In this document: positions 44,301 through 58,500 of the stretch, piece by piece
Numbering within the stretch: position 1 is the stretch's first letter
How the letters are laid out: every line of letters begins with the position of its first letter
Assembly (NCBI GenBank): GCA_964035545.1
Contig: OZ037772.1
Coordinates: 5,584,233 to 5,648,232, forward strand
DNA: 64,000 bases
Source of the DNA: Bugula neritina
Taxonomy: Eukaryota; Animalia; Bryozoa
Direction of reading: 5' to 3'
The notes under the pieces: generated by a model
Seen by the model: only the letters and a program-made list of their open reading frames with translations
Told to the model about the DNA's origin: nothing
The model's database searches: none
Translations under genes and position numbers: made by a program

Positions 44301-47300
44301 GTAAATGAAATTATTCATTCGTTTTCATTCATATGTTCACATGAATTAAAATTTTGGAATGTATTGATCAGCAAATATCATAATGTGAGTTGTTATACGT
44401 TGGATAAAGTCATGATCAAGTGTACATACAACTATCAAGACTAACTAATTATAACATTTGTGGCACTATAACATACTATATGCTGTGTAATATGGCTTTA
44501 TATATTTTTTGAACGAGTTGTGCAATTTTGGATGTATATTTTCTACATTATAGCATAATGACATAGCCATTAAAATACATATACATGCTTTTTTATATAT
44601 AATGTCATCAATTATAAATTAAGTACTACTCTATAATATAACTTTGTTGTAGGATCATGACGTTGTGTCTGAAGAACACTCTAGAATTGATATGACAGAG
44701 TATAAAGCTCGTGCTGCTAAGTTAGAGAAGAGAATGTGTGAGACACATGCAGACGTAGAGTATTCTTTGGGTTGTAAAGTCTGTCTCAAACTACTCTGTA
44801 CTCAGTGTGTACCTACAGCTGGTGTATGTAACGATGGTAAGTGTCTATTCTTCTGTTTACTTGCTATATATATTACATGATTCAGGTACACAACAGCTTA
44901 TACATTACTTTGTTATACTTCAGGTACATCACAGCATACACTCTTGACATTGAAAGATTTAACAATGCAGCTGGTGGAAATCACAAAGTTAAAGACAAGA
45001 GAAGACAACTTGTCTGGTTATTACAAACAGATAGCTGCAAGCATTGGTGGGTTTAGAACTGAAACCAAAAATCTATTGGTTTTGATAAGGACACAGCGTG
45101 ATGATCAGGTGATTATTACATGGTTTTTAAGTTTGATATAATTATAAAGATCATATTATAGAAGCTATGAGAGTTTGTTTATAGTTCTCTGTATAAACAT
45201 CTGAGATAAGTTACTTTTTTGGGAAATGTAAGATGATTATACACTCAGACACTCTTCAAATTTTTCTAGCTTGTCTAACATTTAATGTGACTGTATTTAG
45301 ATAGCAGCTATTCAACAGAAGTATATGACGAACTGGAGATAGAACTGGTGGAGAAGAGAGAAAAGACTGAGAGTCAAGCAGTGAATTTCATGGTAGAGGA
45401 AGTGGGGGTTAGATACCGTGAGCTGTATAATCACAGAGAAGGAATCGAGGCTAAGTTAGACCAAAGTCATGAGGTTAGCTACAGAGTATAGATGAATAGT
45501 AGATGTTATGGTGTGTGTATCTGTGGCAGTTTGATATTTTATATTTAACATCTTATATAGATCATTCAAGTAATATAAATAGATATAATGTAATGAAAAG
45601 AATTCTCGATACTATATGGAATACTGCCTAATACTACAGCATACTGTATAACACTAAATAACACTGTATAATACTATAGGACACTGTATATAATACTATA
45701 GGATACTGTATAATACTATAGGACACTGTATAATACTATAGAGTACTGTATAATACTATAGGACACTGTATAATACTATAGGATACTGTATAATACTATA
45801 GGACACTGTATAATACTATAGGACACTGTATAATACTATAGGAAACTGTATAATACTATAGGACACTGTATGATCCATGTAGGGCACAGCAGATATTTAG
45901 TGTAAAGTTTGCCCATTCGTTTGTAAATGCTTCTTGTTCTAAATTGTGCTTTTCACTCTCAATATTGCAATTTTTTGCATTGCAACGCATATTAATGCAA
46001 TGCTGTTTTTTAGATGGTTTTGTTGGTTTCAAATACAGCATTGTTGTTGGTCTTATTGTTCATACTCAAAACTGGCGTTTTCTATACTAGCATACAACTT
46101 CCAAACACCTGCTACACAGTGTCACATTGTATGTATATGTAATATTGTTAGGTTGACATCATCAAGTCATACCGTGATATGAAGAAGGAGATTGATAGAC
46201 TGTTGACAGAAGAGATTCCTAAGTTGGCACATTTTGATCCTGTAACATCTGTGGAGGTCAAAGGTCAGTTTTATATATGTTAAAGGTCAGTTTTATGTTA
46301 TCAATATGCAAAACTACCTGAAACAAGATATTGAATAGCTTAATAACCCTATTTATTTTTATGACACTTTTTTATCTAACCGTATTTAGGTAACATAATC
46401 AAGTAAGTATATTTTGACTTTTGAATTTGAGGTATATATATGCATGTTATAGCTATAGCTATGTTTCAAACTGTTACATTTTTATCATCTTGTATTTCAC
46501 TTTTTTGATCTGTGTTGTAAAAATATATTATAAATACTGATTCAAACTAACGTGATGTTAAGGCACTATTATTTTCAGAAACTAGGTTTTTACTATTGCC
46601 ACACTACACCTCTATTATACGTACACCCCTACAATATCTTATTAAACCAGGTTATATGGTAAATATAGTTAGTGGGAATCTTTAGTATTTAATTTACACT
46701 GAGGAGGACGTGGCCTACATCTCCCCCAATGTGTATACTTCTCTCAACTATTCTATAAATTTACACATTTGTGCAATAGCTGTGCTTACTCTTGGAGAAA
46801 ACTAATACAAGTTTTTGGTGAACATAACCTAATTTAATATAGTAGTATATCACTAAAATAGAATATCATTAGAATTGATTTTAATAATGTGTTTACATGA
46901 ATGCAGCTGCTGCATTTTTTCTGCAGTAAACTTTTTTCAATAGTTGATTCCCATAAAAATAATCTGGTCAAAAAAACCAAAGTTATACTATTTATTTTTA
47001 AATGGAAAGTGCATGATCATTGCAGTGTTGCTAGCACTGCTGTTTGTGTCGGGATGCACAAAAATATACATGTATGTGTACATATCTGCTAGTTTTTCTG
47101 ATGTATCAGCTGCTTTTATAATATATTACTATGTCATGCATGTCGATATTTTTATTACAGAAGAGAAAAGAGATATAGAGATTGAGCTGACCAATGAAAG
47201 GACAGCAAGTATAACTCCTGAACAAGGACTAGTTGTCTCACCTCCACTGCCCAAGTCTATAGAACTGATAAAAGCTGTTAAAGTTTCTCTGGGCTGCTGG

Positions 47301-48165
47301 TCTGTTCACACTCATAGAGGTGTCGCATATGCTGGGTGCAAGGGTGGTGTGGACAGGGTAGATGAGAACAACAAAGTTACTAAATCATTCATCTCTATTA
47401 AAAGTGAAGGTGTGTTGAGTATCTCAGTACATAATGATAGGATATATACTCTGTCTTCTGATTCAACTGTAAGAGTTCATAACCTTGAAGGGAGGTTCAT
47501 TACCAGTTGGACTCATGTAGATGATCGATCAAAGTGGCTAAATCGGCTTGCCATCATAAACAACCAGATAGCTATTCTTGACAGGCAGAATAAGACTCTA
47601 GTACTCTACTCTCTGAATGGGGAGGTAGTAAACACTCTACCCTGTCCTCTACTTACTGATACTCCTGTACGTCTGTCTGCTGCAGATAACAACACAATTA
47701 TTATATCTCAGTATCACTCATCTCTAGTATACAAAGTAGACCCCTCATCAGGTGGCGTCATCTGGCAGTGTAAGGAAGTGGCTCAACCTTGTGGAGTGAC
47801 CTGCTATAGAGATGAGTTTGTACTTGTGGCTGATGATGCTGTACCTACAACGCTCCGTGTACTATCATTACATACAGGTTAGTTACTGTGTAGAATAGAT
47901 ATAGTGTATGAAATACATGTGTTATAATTTGATGAAATGAGTTCATTCATATTTATAGTTATTTGCTGCAAATAAACTGCACTCTCTTTATATTATCTTT
48001 GAGTCTTAAAAAAAGAACATCATGCTGTTTTTCTTGGCAGGCAAGTTACTAACCAGGATACTTACTGAATACAAACTCATATACAATCTCCACGTCACTG
48101 GCTCTACTCTAGTAGTTCCAGGTTATTCTTCTAATGGACAAGTCAAGTTCTATCAGCTGAAGTGA
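41385..48165 (+). pseudogene. TRIM copy D: RING exon largely deleted and +2 frameshift in exon 5; remnant 41385-41418, exons 43939-44104, 44653-44836, 44924-45108, 45301-45473, 46152-46263, 47161-47877, 48041-48165
   Basis: Versus copy B ~178 bp (acceptor, ATG, most of RING) missing; aagtatATgac gives stop TAG at 45340-45342; propeller exon still open. Confidence 0.88.
45610..45870. repeat. 20-bp minisatellite (ctgtataatactataggaca)n
   Basis: Regular 20-bp period visible. Confidence 0.93.
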
Positions 48166-49464
48166 AGGTGAACTAAATGGCTGGGATACTCTAATAAAGG
48201 TCAGTAAATGTTGTGAGAGGTACTGAGTGCCTTTCTAATTCATGTTTCTAATACTGCTTTGCATTGGTTGGTTTCGCATGGCATCTTATTGCATAATGCG
48301 CTGTGCTGTATTGCACTTTATTGCATATAAAATTTATGCATATTGTATCAGATTACATAAATGTTAGTAAACCAGTAGTGGGCACATTATTACCAGTTAT
48401 CTCCCCTGATTAGTTATCAATCAATAGTTAAATTATAAGGCAACTGTTTACAATGCATACAATGTATACTAGCGTCTCATACTATTGTATATTATTATAA
48501 CATGGCAGATATTGTATATACTAGACATCCCTGTTATGCTTTGTAGAACACAACATGTTGAGTCATCCATAAGGAGTTACCTTCCCAGTACATCACTGCT
48601 TTAATCAGTCAAATAAGTCAGTTTACTTCACTATAGACATCTGCATGTTTAACTTCCTACTTTACAGTGGACTACTAGACAGGCTATAACCATGTGATCT
48701 GTCAAAATTTTACAAGCACTATTTTTAATTCATTATTATCACTCAAGTTCTTGTACTGGTGCATTATATACCGGAAAATCCAGGCTATTGTGTGTTATAT
48801 CAATTATACGCAATATATTTCTACAAATATGTAAACTTTATATAACAATCTTATTGATGGTGGCTACATATATATTATGTACTTTAAATTTGCAAAATTT
48901 TCTTTCCATTTCCTATTATCTTTTATCTTGACTAAACTTTTGTTATTTGCAATTATCATGCCAAATTAACTGTCTATGTTTGCTGTCTTAGAACTTACTA
49001 ATGTATCAGATTTTGTTGTTAATATTGACAGATTACTGTGTTGGAGATTGAGATGTGACATGTTGTGAAGCTGTTTTCATGGTTATGATATAAAGTTATT
49101 ATTAGTAACAAGAAATAGCACATTATTCCCTTACTTATTTTAAGCAGTTCATTTGATAAAAATAAAATTGCCTTTTATAATTAGCGATTGATTCTTTGTC
49201 TAATAAAGAGAAATCCAAAATTTTATCTAGTTTTACATTGAATATTCTGTAATTATTTTGTTATCACCTTCTATAAAATATCACACATCCATTGGATATG
49301 TTACAATTATAGGAATTGGTCAGTAGTTAATAAACAATCAATTTTCATTTAGTTATATAAACTGTTTTAGTAGTCTGCAAAAGTTCCGATTTATAAAATG
49401 ATGTGGAACCTATCTTAATGCAAATTATGATTAAATTTTTTTCTTAGAGACTAAAGCCACTAAT

Positions 49465-49798
49465 ATAGCGTTATAATTTTCCCGATTATAATGTTTAGGG
49501 TGGATTCTTTATGCTACTATGTCCTGTTTGATTTACAGCTCCAAACACTTCACAGATGATGCGAGAGAAAGTTTATATTTAATTCAATATACAAGTATTA
49601 ATAAAAATACATTCAAATCCTATAACACATTCACATGTCTACTATCTATCTCCACATACTATTCTCAACTGTTCTATATAAAACTGTCCGGAAGCATTCT
49701 GCTTCAAAGGGGAGGGGGCGGCGGGTGATCATGTGCTTTCATTTGATTGGCTCTAATCCAAGTGTATAAGTAGTACGCTTCATTGGCCACTACCATAG
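49465..49798 (-). mobile_element. ~330-bp LTR-like/repeat segment present downstream of copies D and E only (also ~62042-62382)
   Basis: Absent at the aagccactaataatttgagtgc site after copies A-C; minus strand has two CCAAT boxes, a GC run and a TATA-like motif; termini not canonical. Confidence 0.4.
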
Positions 49799-50925
49799 TT
49801 TGAGTGCAGCTAAATTAGCCTTTTTATCTCCAGTTTATTTTATAATGCACTATTAAGTGATATTATAAGCTGAAATTAAAGCTGTGACCAAAACACTTGT
49901 TCTACAAAAGATATGGCAGCTGATATTTCTACAAACCTGAACTACCAGCAAAACGACTTCTATATTTACTAAGTATTGGCATACAGAGATATTCTTTTTC
50001 AGTATGTGATCATATTGTTTATAATTTAATGTTATATATCAAAGTCAGAGATCAAGCCAAAACAAAAAACTAACTTTCAGATAAAGTTCTGTCAACCATC
50101 TTGTTCCGTTCCACCAATACTCTTTAAACCTTTTTAAAAACTCAAACTGAATTCCATGCAGCAACAACAATCAAACTAATATGTTATATTATATATCAGA
50201 CCATATGATATAAAACTTAATGCTTTAATATAACCCCTGTGTGCCTCTTGGAAGGTTCCATCTCTGTTATAGTAAACATTGAACAAAGCGTATTATAGTT
50301 ACTAGTAATTAGATAATTGTGTACTGTGATGTTTTATCTTATTATATTATACAAGAAAGCTGTTTAAGCAGTTGAGGGGAACTATCTTTAGACTGAGTAG
50401 TTATAGAAATTCATTAGGAGACATTTTTTGTCTTTGATAGTCAACAATGCATGTTACATCATTTATAATATTTATGTATTTTCACACAACATATAGAAGC
50501 AACACTTTATGGAGCAGGTCACTTGTTAGTAACAGTAAACTAAAGTAAAAATAATAAATATCTCTGAGGGAGCTTTACCAGTAAATAAGTCATATTTTCT
50601 TTTATTGATAGAAGCAAAATCAACATCATGCAATAGTTGGCAAATAATTGGCTTCTATATGTACAATAAGATCTATGAATGCTAATAATTAACCTATAAA
50701 AGAGATCTACTATTCTGATTGGACACACAAAAAGTGAGTTTATTTATAACTCCGCCTTAATTGGATATTCCAGTTTCCTGCAATTAGGTAATGGGTTGTT
50801 TATAAAAGTTCAATTCCTAAGACTTGGCTTTGTAGCTTACAGCTGTCGATTTAGGGTATAGGCACACTTACACTATTTTTTTCCTTGATTTCTATACAAT
50901 AATTGTGCTCATAATTATGGGGATT

Positions 50926-51085
50926 AAGTTTCTAACTAAGACATCTACTGAAAAAACTACATACCTCATCTAGATTGGCTCTACTCTAGTAGTTCCAGCA
51001 AGCTCTTGTATAAAAGGGACAAGTTAAATTATATCAGCTGAAGTGAAAGTGAACTAATAGACTAGATACTCTAAAAAGGGTCAGT
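50926..51085 (+). pseudogene. Orphan remnant of TRIM last exon and 3' flank
   Basis: ggctctactctagtagttccag...cagctgaagtga matches exon 8, with indels and no upstream exons. Confidence 0.85.
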
Positions 51086-52156
51086 AATTTTTGTTGCAAT
51101 GTTTCCCCTTTTATGTATTTGTAGTATAACTTTGCATATGGTGTTATATTGAATTGCGTCATGTTATATAGTATGTTATATTGCATTGTATTTTATTGTT
51201 CTGTGTTATTTTTGTGATCTATATAGCTTATGGTATTATTGTCTTACATTGTAAATTATATTCTATTTCACTGATTTTGTATGTAATCAACAAGAGTAAA
51301 TCAGGAGTGTACATATTACCAGTTATCTCCACTTGTTTATTTTTCAACTGAAAATCGAATTATAAAGCAGCTGTTGACATTATACATAATATGGTATACT
51401 AATGTGTCATACTCTTATACTAAATAATATACAATGTTATACTATTTGCAGGACATTCCACATCTGGAGCATACTAAAGGAGTTGCCTTCTTTCTATAAA
51501 ATATGGTTATATCATAAGTAGACTTAGGACAGTCTAATTTACACAATCTCATCGTTTTACAAAGGCTGTTGCACCTTATTTGATTTATTGATTTGAAATT
51601 TTTATACCAGGCATTTTATCCTGAAAGGTTTATTTTACTGCATGTTTTAGTAATTATACATAATGTCGTTGAGTTAACATAGTTCAATTACACATAATTT
51701 TTAACATACATATGTATATCTTAGAATATATTTCTATATGTTTATATTGGATATTCAGAAGGGTACTGAATACCAATGTCAAACATGGACAAATGATCCA
51801 CTGTTTAAACTTGGGTTACAAACTCAACTGTCAGCCCTTCATTGTTTTGATGAAAACACAAACTTTCAAATTTTGTATATAGTTTTACAACTTTAGGATG
51901 AAAGACTTCAGGAAATTGACTTCTTTGGAGTGAAAGACTTGAATTATTACTTTTTTTCAATTTATTGATGGTTCTATGTTTAATATTTTATTACAAAGTT
52001 GTTTTATCTTTACAAGTGTATGAGTATTTGAGCTAATGTTAGTGAGTTGTTTTTGGAAATATATATTACTCATTCACGAGGAGGCTGGCCTCATAATTGT
52101 TACCTAATTGGATTATGTTATATATGTAGACGCTGCATGGTTAACTGTAGTCCAAT

Positions 52157-52231
52157 GGTCCCTGTGGTGTTATGGTTAGCACACTTACTTGCAAGCCGGA
52201 AGTTTCAGATTCGAATCCCAGTGGTGGAAAA
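52157..52231 (+). mobile_element. tRNA-derived SINE-head-like sequence
   Basis: gtggtgttatggttagc (A box), cttgcaa, gattcgaatccc (B box); acceptor stem does not pair well. Confidence 0.55.
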
Positions 52232-52670
52232 TTGTTATCAGATTAACTTCATTTTACATAAAGTAATTATTTATGTCAAGTTAACTCAGGTTCCCCCCCA
52301 GCCCTATATTCAATCACATACTTACCAGTAGTTATTTGCATTTTCTATAATCCTTGATTGACAGAGCTGCAGCAATATTTGACGTGCAGCCTCATAATTG
52401 TTTATGTATTAAAAATATTAAATTATTCTCTACTCAAAATTAACAATGTGTTATAAACTGTTGAAATATACATACTCATTTAAAGATATGAATACTTGAG
52501 ACCGGGGATGTAGCGGCAAAAATATTCTAGGCCATACTCTCAGGCTGGGGGTCCAGGGGGCCGCCCAGCTGCCGAAGCCCAACGCACAAAGTATGTGACC
52601 TTCGCAATTCACAGGTTTATCACCAAGTTGCATGCATTTTATAACAGTCATAAATGCCATATTATGACTC

Positions 52671-54760
52671 TTATCACACTTGGTAAACATTACGCAGGGC
52701 TTTAAAGCAGATAAGGCTAAATAAGGGAGAAATAAAATTCCCTCAAATTAAAATTTTTGGCAAGCCAAATGATAAGAATGATGGGAGTAGAATATGGACA
52801 GGTGGCCCGTTGTGCCCCATGCACATGGCCAACTTGAAAAACAAATGTATACGGTAGCTGAATGAAAATTGCTTTCGAACTTGCTATTATAATATACTAG
52901 TTAATTAAGGCAGATACAAGCAATGACGACAATATATGTTAAAAGAAACTATAAACTAAAATAAACTAATTTCTCTTGCATTTCTATTGACTTTTTGTAC
53001 CCCCTATGGCCACTGTGCCTGGTTACCACTACTTTCCAAATTTACAATTGTGCCTTTTAGGATTTACTTTCTTGCATTAATTATGCATTTCTAAATAGTT
53101 CTGTATGTTGTTTTTAAGCTTCATGTGTGAAAGCGAATAGTTAATACAATAAAGTAAACAAGCACCATGGTGACCAAACATCAAACATCTCGTTGAATCA
53201 ATTTTTTGAATAGTTGCTAACTCATGATATTTAAGAATACTGGCACAAAAAATGTGTTACAAATTCAACTGTCGGCAATCACAGTTGTTGTTGAAAACGC
53301 TTAAATGCTTAACTTACAGTATATAGTTTTTAACATCAAGATGAAAAATCTCAAAAATTATTAGTAATCTCTGTTATAATTATGCATTATATAATTAAAT
53401 TACAACCATTATAATATTTTGAATGAGCTTTTTGTTACAATGAAGTAGGCATAATGGCTTCATTAATGCTGACAAACAACAACTGAACCCTCGTATGTTT
53501 ACTCAGCTCTAAAAGCAATCTCAACACACTAACTCTTTGTATGGCAAGTTATCAACAACTTAAGTGTATTTTACAGCTATCATAAATACCAGGTGATCCT
53601 TTATCACACTTGGTAAACATTACGCAGGGCTTTAAAGCAGATAAGGCTAAGTAAGGGAGAAATAAAATTCCCTCGAATTTACATTTTTGGCAAGCCAAAT
53701 GATAAGAATGATGGGAGTAGAATATGGTCAGGTGGCCCGTTGTGCCTCATGCACATGGCCAACTTGAAAAACAAATGTATACGGTAGCTGAAGGAAAATT
53801 GCCTTTGAACTTGCTATTATACTAGTTAATTAGGGCAGATACAAGCAATGACGACAATATCTGTTAAAATAAACTAGGCTAGCTTGTTTTGTTTGAGTTT
53901 AAAAAGCTAAATGCTTGGATGACATCTTGAAAAGTTACGAGTCCTTAAAAAAAACATGGACCCACTTACTTAAATTGTAAGTTCACCAAGTGCTAAAAAA
54001 CAATGGCTGAAAAATTATCTAATTTTTTTAAGATAAAAACACAACTCTAAGTCAACAATTTCTCTTGAGGTTCCATTGACTTTTTGTACTCGTATGACCA
54101 CTGTGCTTGGTTACCATTACTTTCCAAATTCACATTTGCGCCTTTTAGAATTTATACTCTTGCATTAATTATGCATTTCTATATATTTCTGTATGTTATT
54201 TTTAAGCTTCATGTGCGAAGGCGAATAGTTAATACAATAAAGTAAACAATCACCATGGTAACCAAACATCAAGCATCTCGTATCAATTCCTTGAGAAGTT
54301 GCTAACCAATGATATTTGAGAACATCATTACAACAAATTGCGTTACAAATTCAACAGTCTGGCATTCTTGGTTGTTGTTTCAAATGCAAATACTTAACAT
54401 ACAGTATATATAGCTTTATAACACCAGGATGAAAAATGTCAAGAAATGTAATGAGTAATCTCTGTTATAATTATGCTCTATATAATTTTACCATCATTAT
54501 ATTTTGATTAAGCTTTTTTATACAATGAAGTAGGCATAATGGCTTCATTATTGCTGACAAACAGCAGCTGAACCCTTGTATGTTTACTCAGCTCTAAAAG
54601 CAATCTCAACACACTAACCCTTTGTATGGCAATGTTATCACCAACTTAAGTGTATTTTGCAGCTATCATAAATACCTGGTGATCCTTTATCACACTTGGT
54701 AAACACTAGACATAGCTTTAAAGCAGATAAGGCTAAGAAGGGGAGCAATAAAATTCCCTC
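52671..54760. repeat. ~1 kb tandem repeat, about 2.1 units (starts ~52671, ~53601, ~54688)
   Basis: ttatcacacttggtaaaca...ctttaaagcagataaggctaa recurs three times, with homologous interiors. Confidence 0.85.
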
Positions 54761-54790
54761 ATCAACTATTTCAAAGTTTTACTGAAGAGC

Positions 54791-54940
54791 AGTTTCCATT
54801 TGAACCATCAGTTTCACTTTCGAGTTCGTAGAGGAAACTTGTAGGGAACATTTACCTTCAAATTGAACAGTCATCTATACTCACTCAACTCAAATTTGAA
54901 TCAACTAACTAGAGTTACTAGGTGAATGCTAATTGTGCTG
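54791..54940 (+). promoter_or_regulatory. Type-3 promoter and non-coding exon of TRIM copy E with ISRE AGTTTCACTTTC (54810-54821); donor after 54940
   Basis: Exact ISRE consensus plus agtttccattt at 54791; ctg/gtaagt donor; no similarity to type-1/2 regions. Confidence 0.55.
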
Positions 54941-55525
54941 GTAAGTTTTACATTTCTAGTTGAAGCAACTGCATGGTGTTGTTAATCTTTCTGTGTGAAA
55001 GTTCCACAGTTAATATTTTGTGATTTTTACTTGTGAAGATTATCAGTAACTACTGAAAAGCTAGCACCACTTTTGTAGTTTTGCTATAGCTACTACAGGT
55101 GTGAATTATAGTCTGTGTTTTAATGCACTACTATAGAACATAATTCTTTTAGTTGGTTTGCGAGCAAGAACAGAGTGTCAGTTATGGTTGAATATGCATT
55201 TAAAACACTAATTATGAAAAGAACTATACATCAAAGTGAAAAGTACAAAAAAAAGATTTATGCAGTAGTGAGCTTTGTAAAAAGTCTAAACTTGGAGTAA
55301 GTTTGAAAAGTTAAAAAGCTAAAAAGATAAAATAATGCCTCACTATAAAACCAACAGTTTGGTTGGGAACATGAACTATACTTGTTATGAAATCCTATGT
55401 TCTATAAGTTAAACCATAGCAGAAACTTGTTTATTTTCAACTTCATCACTGTGATAATTATCATAATGAGTATGCCAATATGAATATAAGACTGTGTCAA
55501 CTTTTTTTAATATTTGTAGAACAAA

Positions 55526-58500
55526 ATGGCATCTAAACCACAACCAATGGTAAGATGTACTATTTGTTTATCTAAACTCAAGTTAGAGGAATGTAAGGCA
55601 CTACCTTGTACTCACCCACACTGTGACAAGTGTTTGAATGAATTCTATGGCAGGCTGAATGCTCTTAAATGTGGAATGTGCCGGTAGGTGAATAATATCA
55701 TAACATATAATATAATATGTTACATAATATTCTATATTTCATATAAATAATGTTTATTATAGTAATATAAATATTGTAGATAGGTGAATAATATAATAAT
55801 ATATAATATAATATGTTACATAATATTATGTAGGTATTTTATAATAATGTTTATTATAATATGAATAATATGATGGTATTTACTATATGTGTTTATGCTA
55901 AATGTAGTATACCTGTATTGCTATACCAGGTTATATAACAGATAGTGTTACACTGTAAACTTTTATATATAATTATTATACTTTATATACTATATAGCCT
56001 ATAGTTAATGATCTATCACTAATAAATTCATCATTAATTTTATAGACAAGTATTCAATACAACACCTGATATAAGTTACCAACAGTAGACCAGATGAAAA
56101 AGACAGATAAGTCTATACTCTGTGAAGTCTGTACAAAGTCAGGAGTGAATAATACACCTGCTCTGATGTATTGTTTAGTTTGTTCTAAACTGTACTGTGC
56201 TAAACATGTCATTGTAAGTTAACATTCTGTAGTTTTTAGCTGTGCGTTTTTATGCGCATGTGTGCACATGCAGTTTTATTTGTCTATAGACTCTAAAGTA
56301 AATTAGCCACCATCAGTTAACAATATTTATTGTGTTTTCTGTGTATGTATCCTTATATTTTGTATAGATAGATTGGGGTAGCCAAATTGCCAGAAAACCA
56401 GGTATATTCGGATTTTTGTGTTATTTCACAGAGAAAGAATTTAATGATTTTGGAATACAAAATCCACAATATTTGAATCCATTGATCAAGCGAAAGAATT
56501 CACTTATTTCCACTCATTTACCCATATGAATTGGTTTTTATGCTTTCAGAGTTTAGCAAATATAGATTAGCATACATTATGCTGTAATTTGGAATACCCT
56601 GGATAAAATATATGCTTAAGGGGACATAACTCTCATGATTTACTTGTTGCATTCATGATTCTATTCCACTATAAATTGCACAGTATATAGTTTTTAGTAT
56701 TATTCAAAGTATATCATATAGCATTGCATATATACTTTTCGCAGTATAAAACTATGACATTGAGGCTATTATAATATGTAAATGCAATTTAATACACAAT
56801 ATCATTAGTAAAATGCGTACTACTCTGCATATATTTTTTGTAGGATCATGACATTGTGTCTGAAGAACATTCTAGAATTAATATGACAGAGTACAAAGCT
56901 CGTGCTGCTAAGTTAGAGAAGAGAATGTGTGAGACACATGCAGACGTAGAGTATTCTTTGGGTTGTAAAGTCTGTCTGAAACTACTCTGTACTCAGTGTG
57001 TACCTACAGCTGGGGTATGTGTCGATGGTAAGTGTCTATTTGTTTTGTTTACTTTCGATATATATTACATGATTCAGGTACACAACAGCTTATACATTAT
57101 ACTTTGTATATATTACTTTAGGTACATCACAGCATACACTCTTGACATTGAAGGATTTAACAATGCAGCTAGTGGAAGTCACAAAGTTGAAGGCAAGAGA
57201 AGACAACTTATCTGGTTATTACAAACAGATAGCTGCAAACATTGATGAGTTTCGAACTGAAACCAAGAAGCTGCTGATGTTGCTATGGAAACAGCGTGAT
57301 GATCAGGTGATTATTACATGGTTTTTAAATTTGATAATTATAAAGATCATATAGAAGCTGTGAGAGTTTGTTTATAGCTTTTTATAATCATCTGAGATAA
57401 GCTAATTTTTGGTTATAGATGCAAGATGGTTATACACTCAGACACTCCTCAAACTATTCTAACTTGTCTAACATTTAATGTGAATGTATTTAGATAGCAG
57501 CTATTCAACAGAAGTATGACAAACTGGAAAAAGAACTGGTGGAGAAGAGAGAAAAGACTGAGAGGCAAGCCGTGAATTTCATGGTAGAGGAAGTTGGGGC
57601 TAGATACTGTGAGCTGTATAATCACAGAGAAGGAATAGAGGATAAATTAGACCAAAGTCATGAGGTTAGTTGCAGAGCATATATAGTATATGTTTGGATC
57701 TGTAACAGTTTTATATATTTTGATGTTTTTATATAATTTCTATATTCATTGTTTCTCTATCTGTAAATAACACCTAAAGAGTACATAAGTAGAAAATGGA
57801 TCAGGTAATAACCCATAAAGGCAGTAATGGAACCGTACTATAACATATCATGCTGTATAACACAGGACTGTCCAACATTTATGCTACCCTCAAAGGCATA
57901 AACATAAAATTATGTTGCTCTATCAGATATATAAATTAGAGTGGAAAAAATACTTTTTAAATACATGTATCTTTGTGTACATGCTAAAACATGCAGCCTG
58001 TAGTAGTTAATGGGACTTTATTGTGTAATGATTTATAAGAATTTGGAATGAAGTAATTTGAAAAATGCTGTCATTGTGGCTCAGCTCAAGTTAAGTTTTA
58101 CAGAGTGGCCTCCAGCCACCAGCGTATTCCATTTTATTTGCTGTCGGTCTGCAAGGTACCCAGTATACTAACACTATATGACACTGTATTATAATACCGT
58201 AGGATATTGTATAATACAATAATACCATAATACTTTTAATATCATAGTATACTGTATAGTACCATAGGACACTACATAACACTATATGATACTGTATAAT
58301 ACTATAAAATACTGTATAGTGTTATAGGATACTGCAGTATAATACTATATGATACTGTATAATATGCTATATTAGGATACTGTATTTAATAGCATAGCCC
58401 ACTGCACATTAGCGTCAGCTTTGAAATCTGTGCTCCCTTAAGGTACAGTTTATTAGAATAAACCTTACCCATTTATAGTTGGTAGTAGTCTGTTTCCCTT

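Noticed and set aside
52157-52231. Functional tRNA-Cys(GCA) genes (also 2135-2210)
   Set aside because: Stems pair poorly and copies diverge freely; better explained as SINE heads or pseudo-tRNAs.
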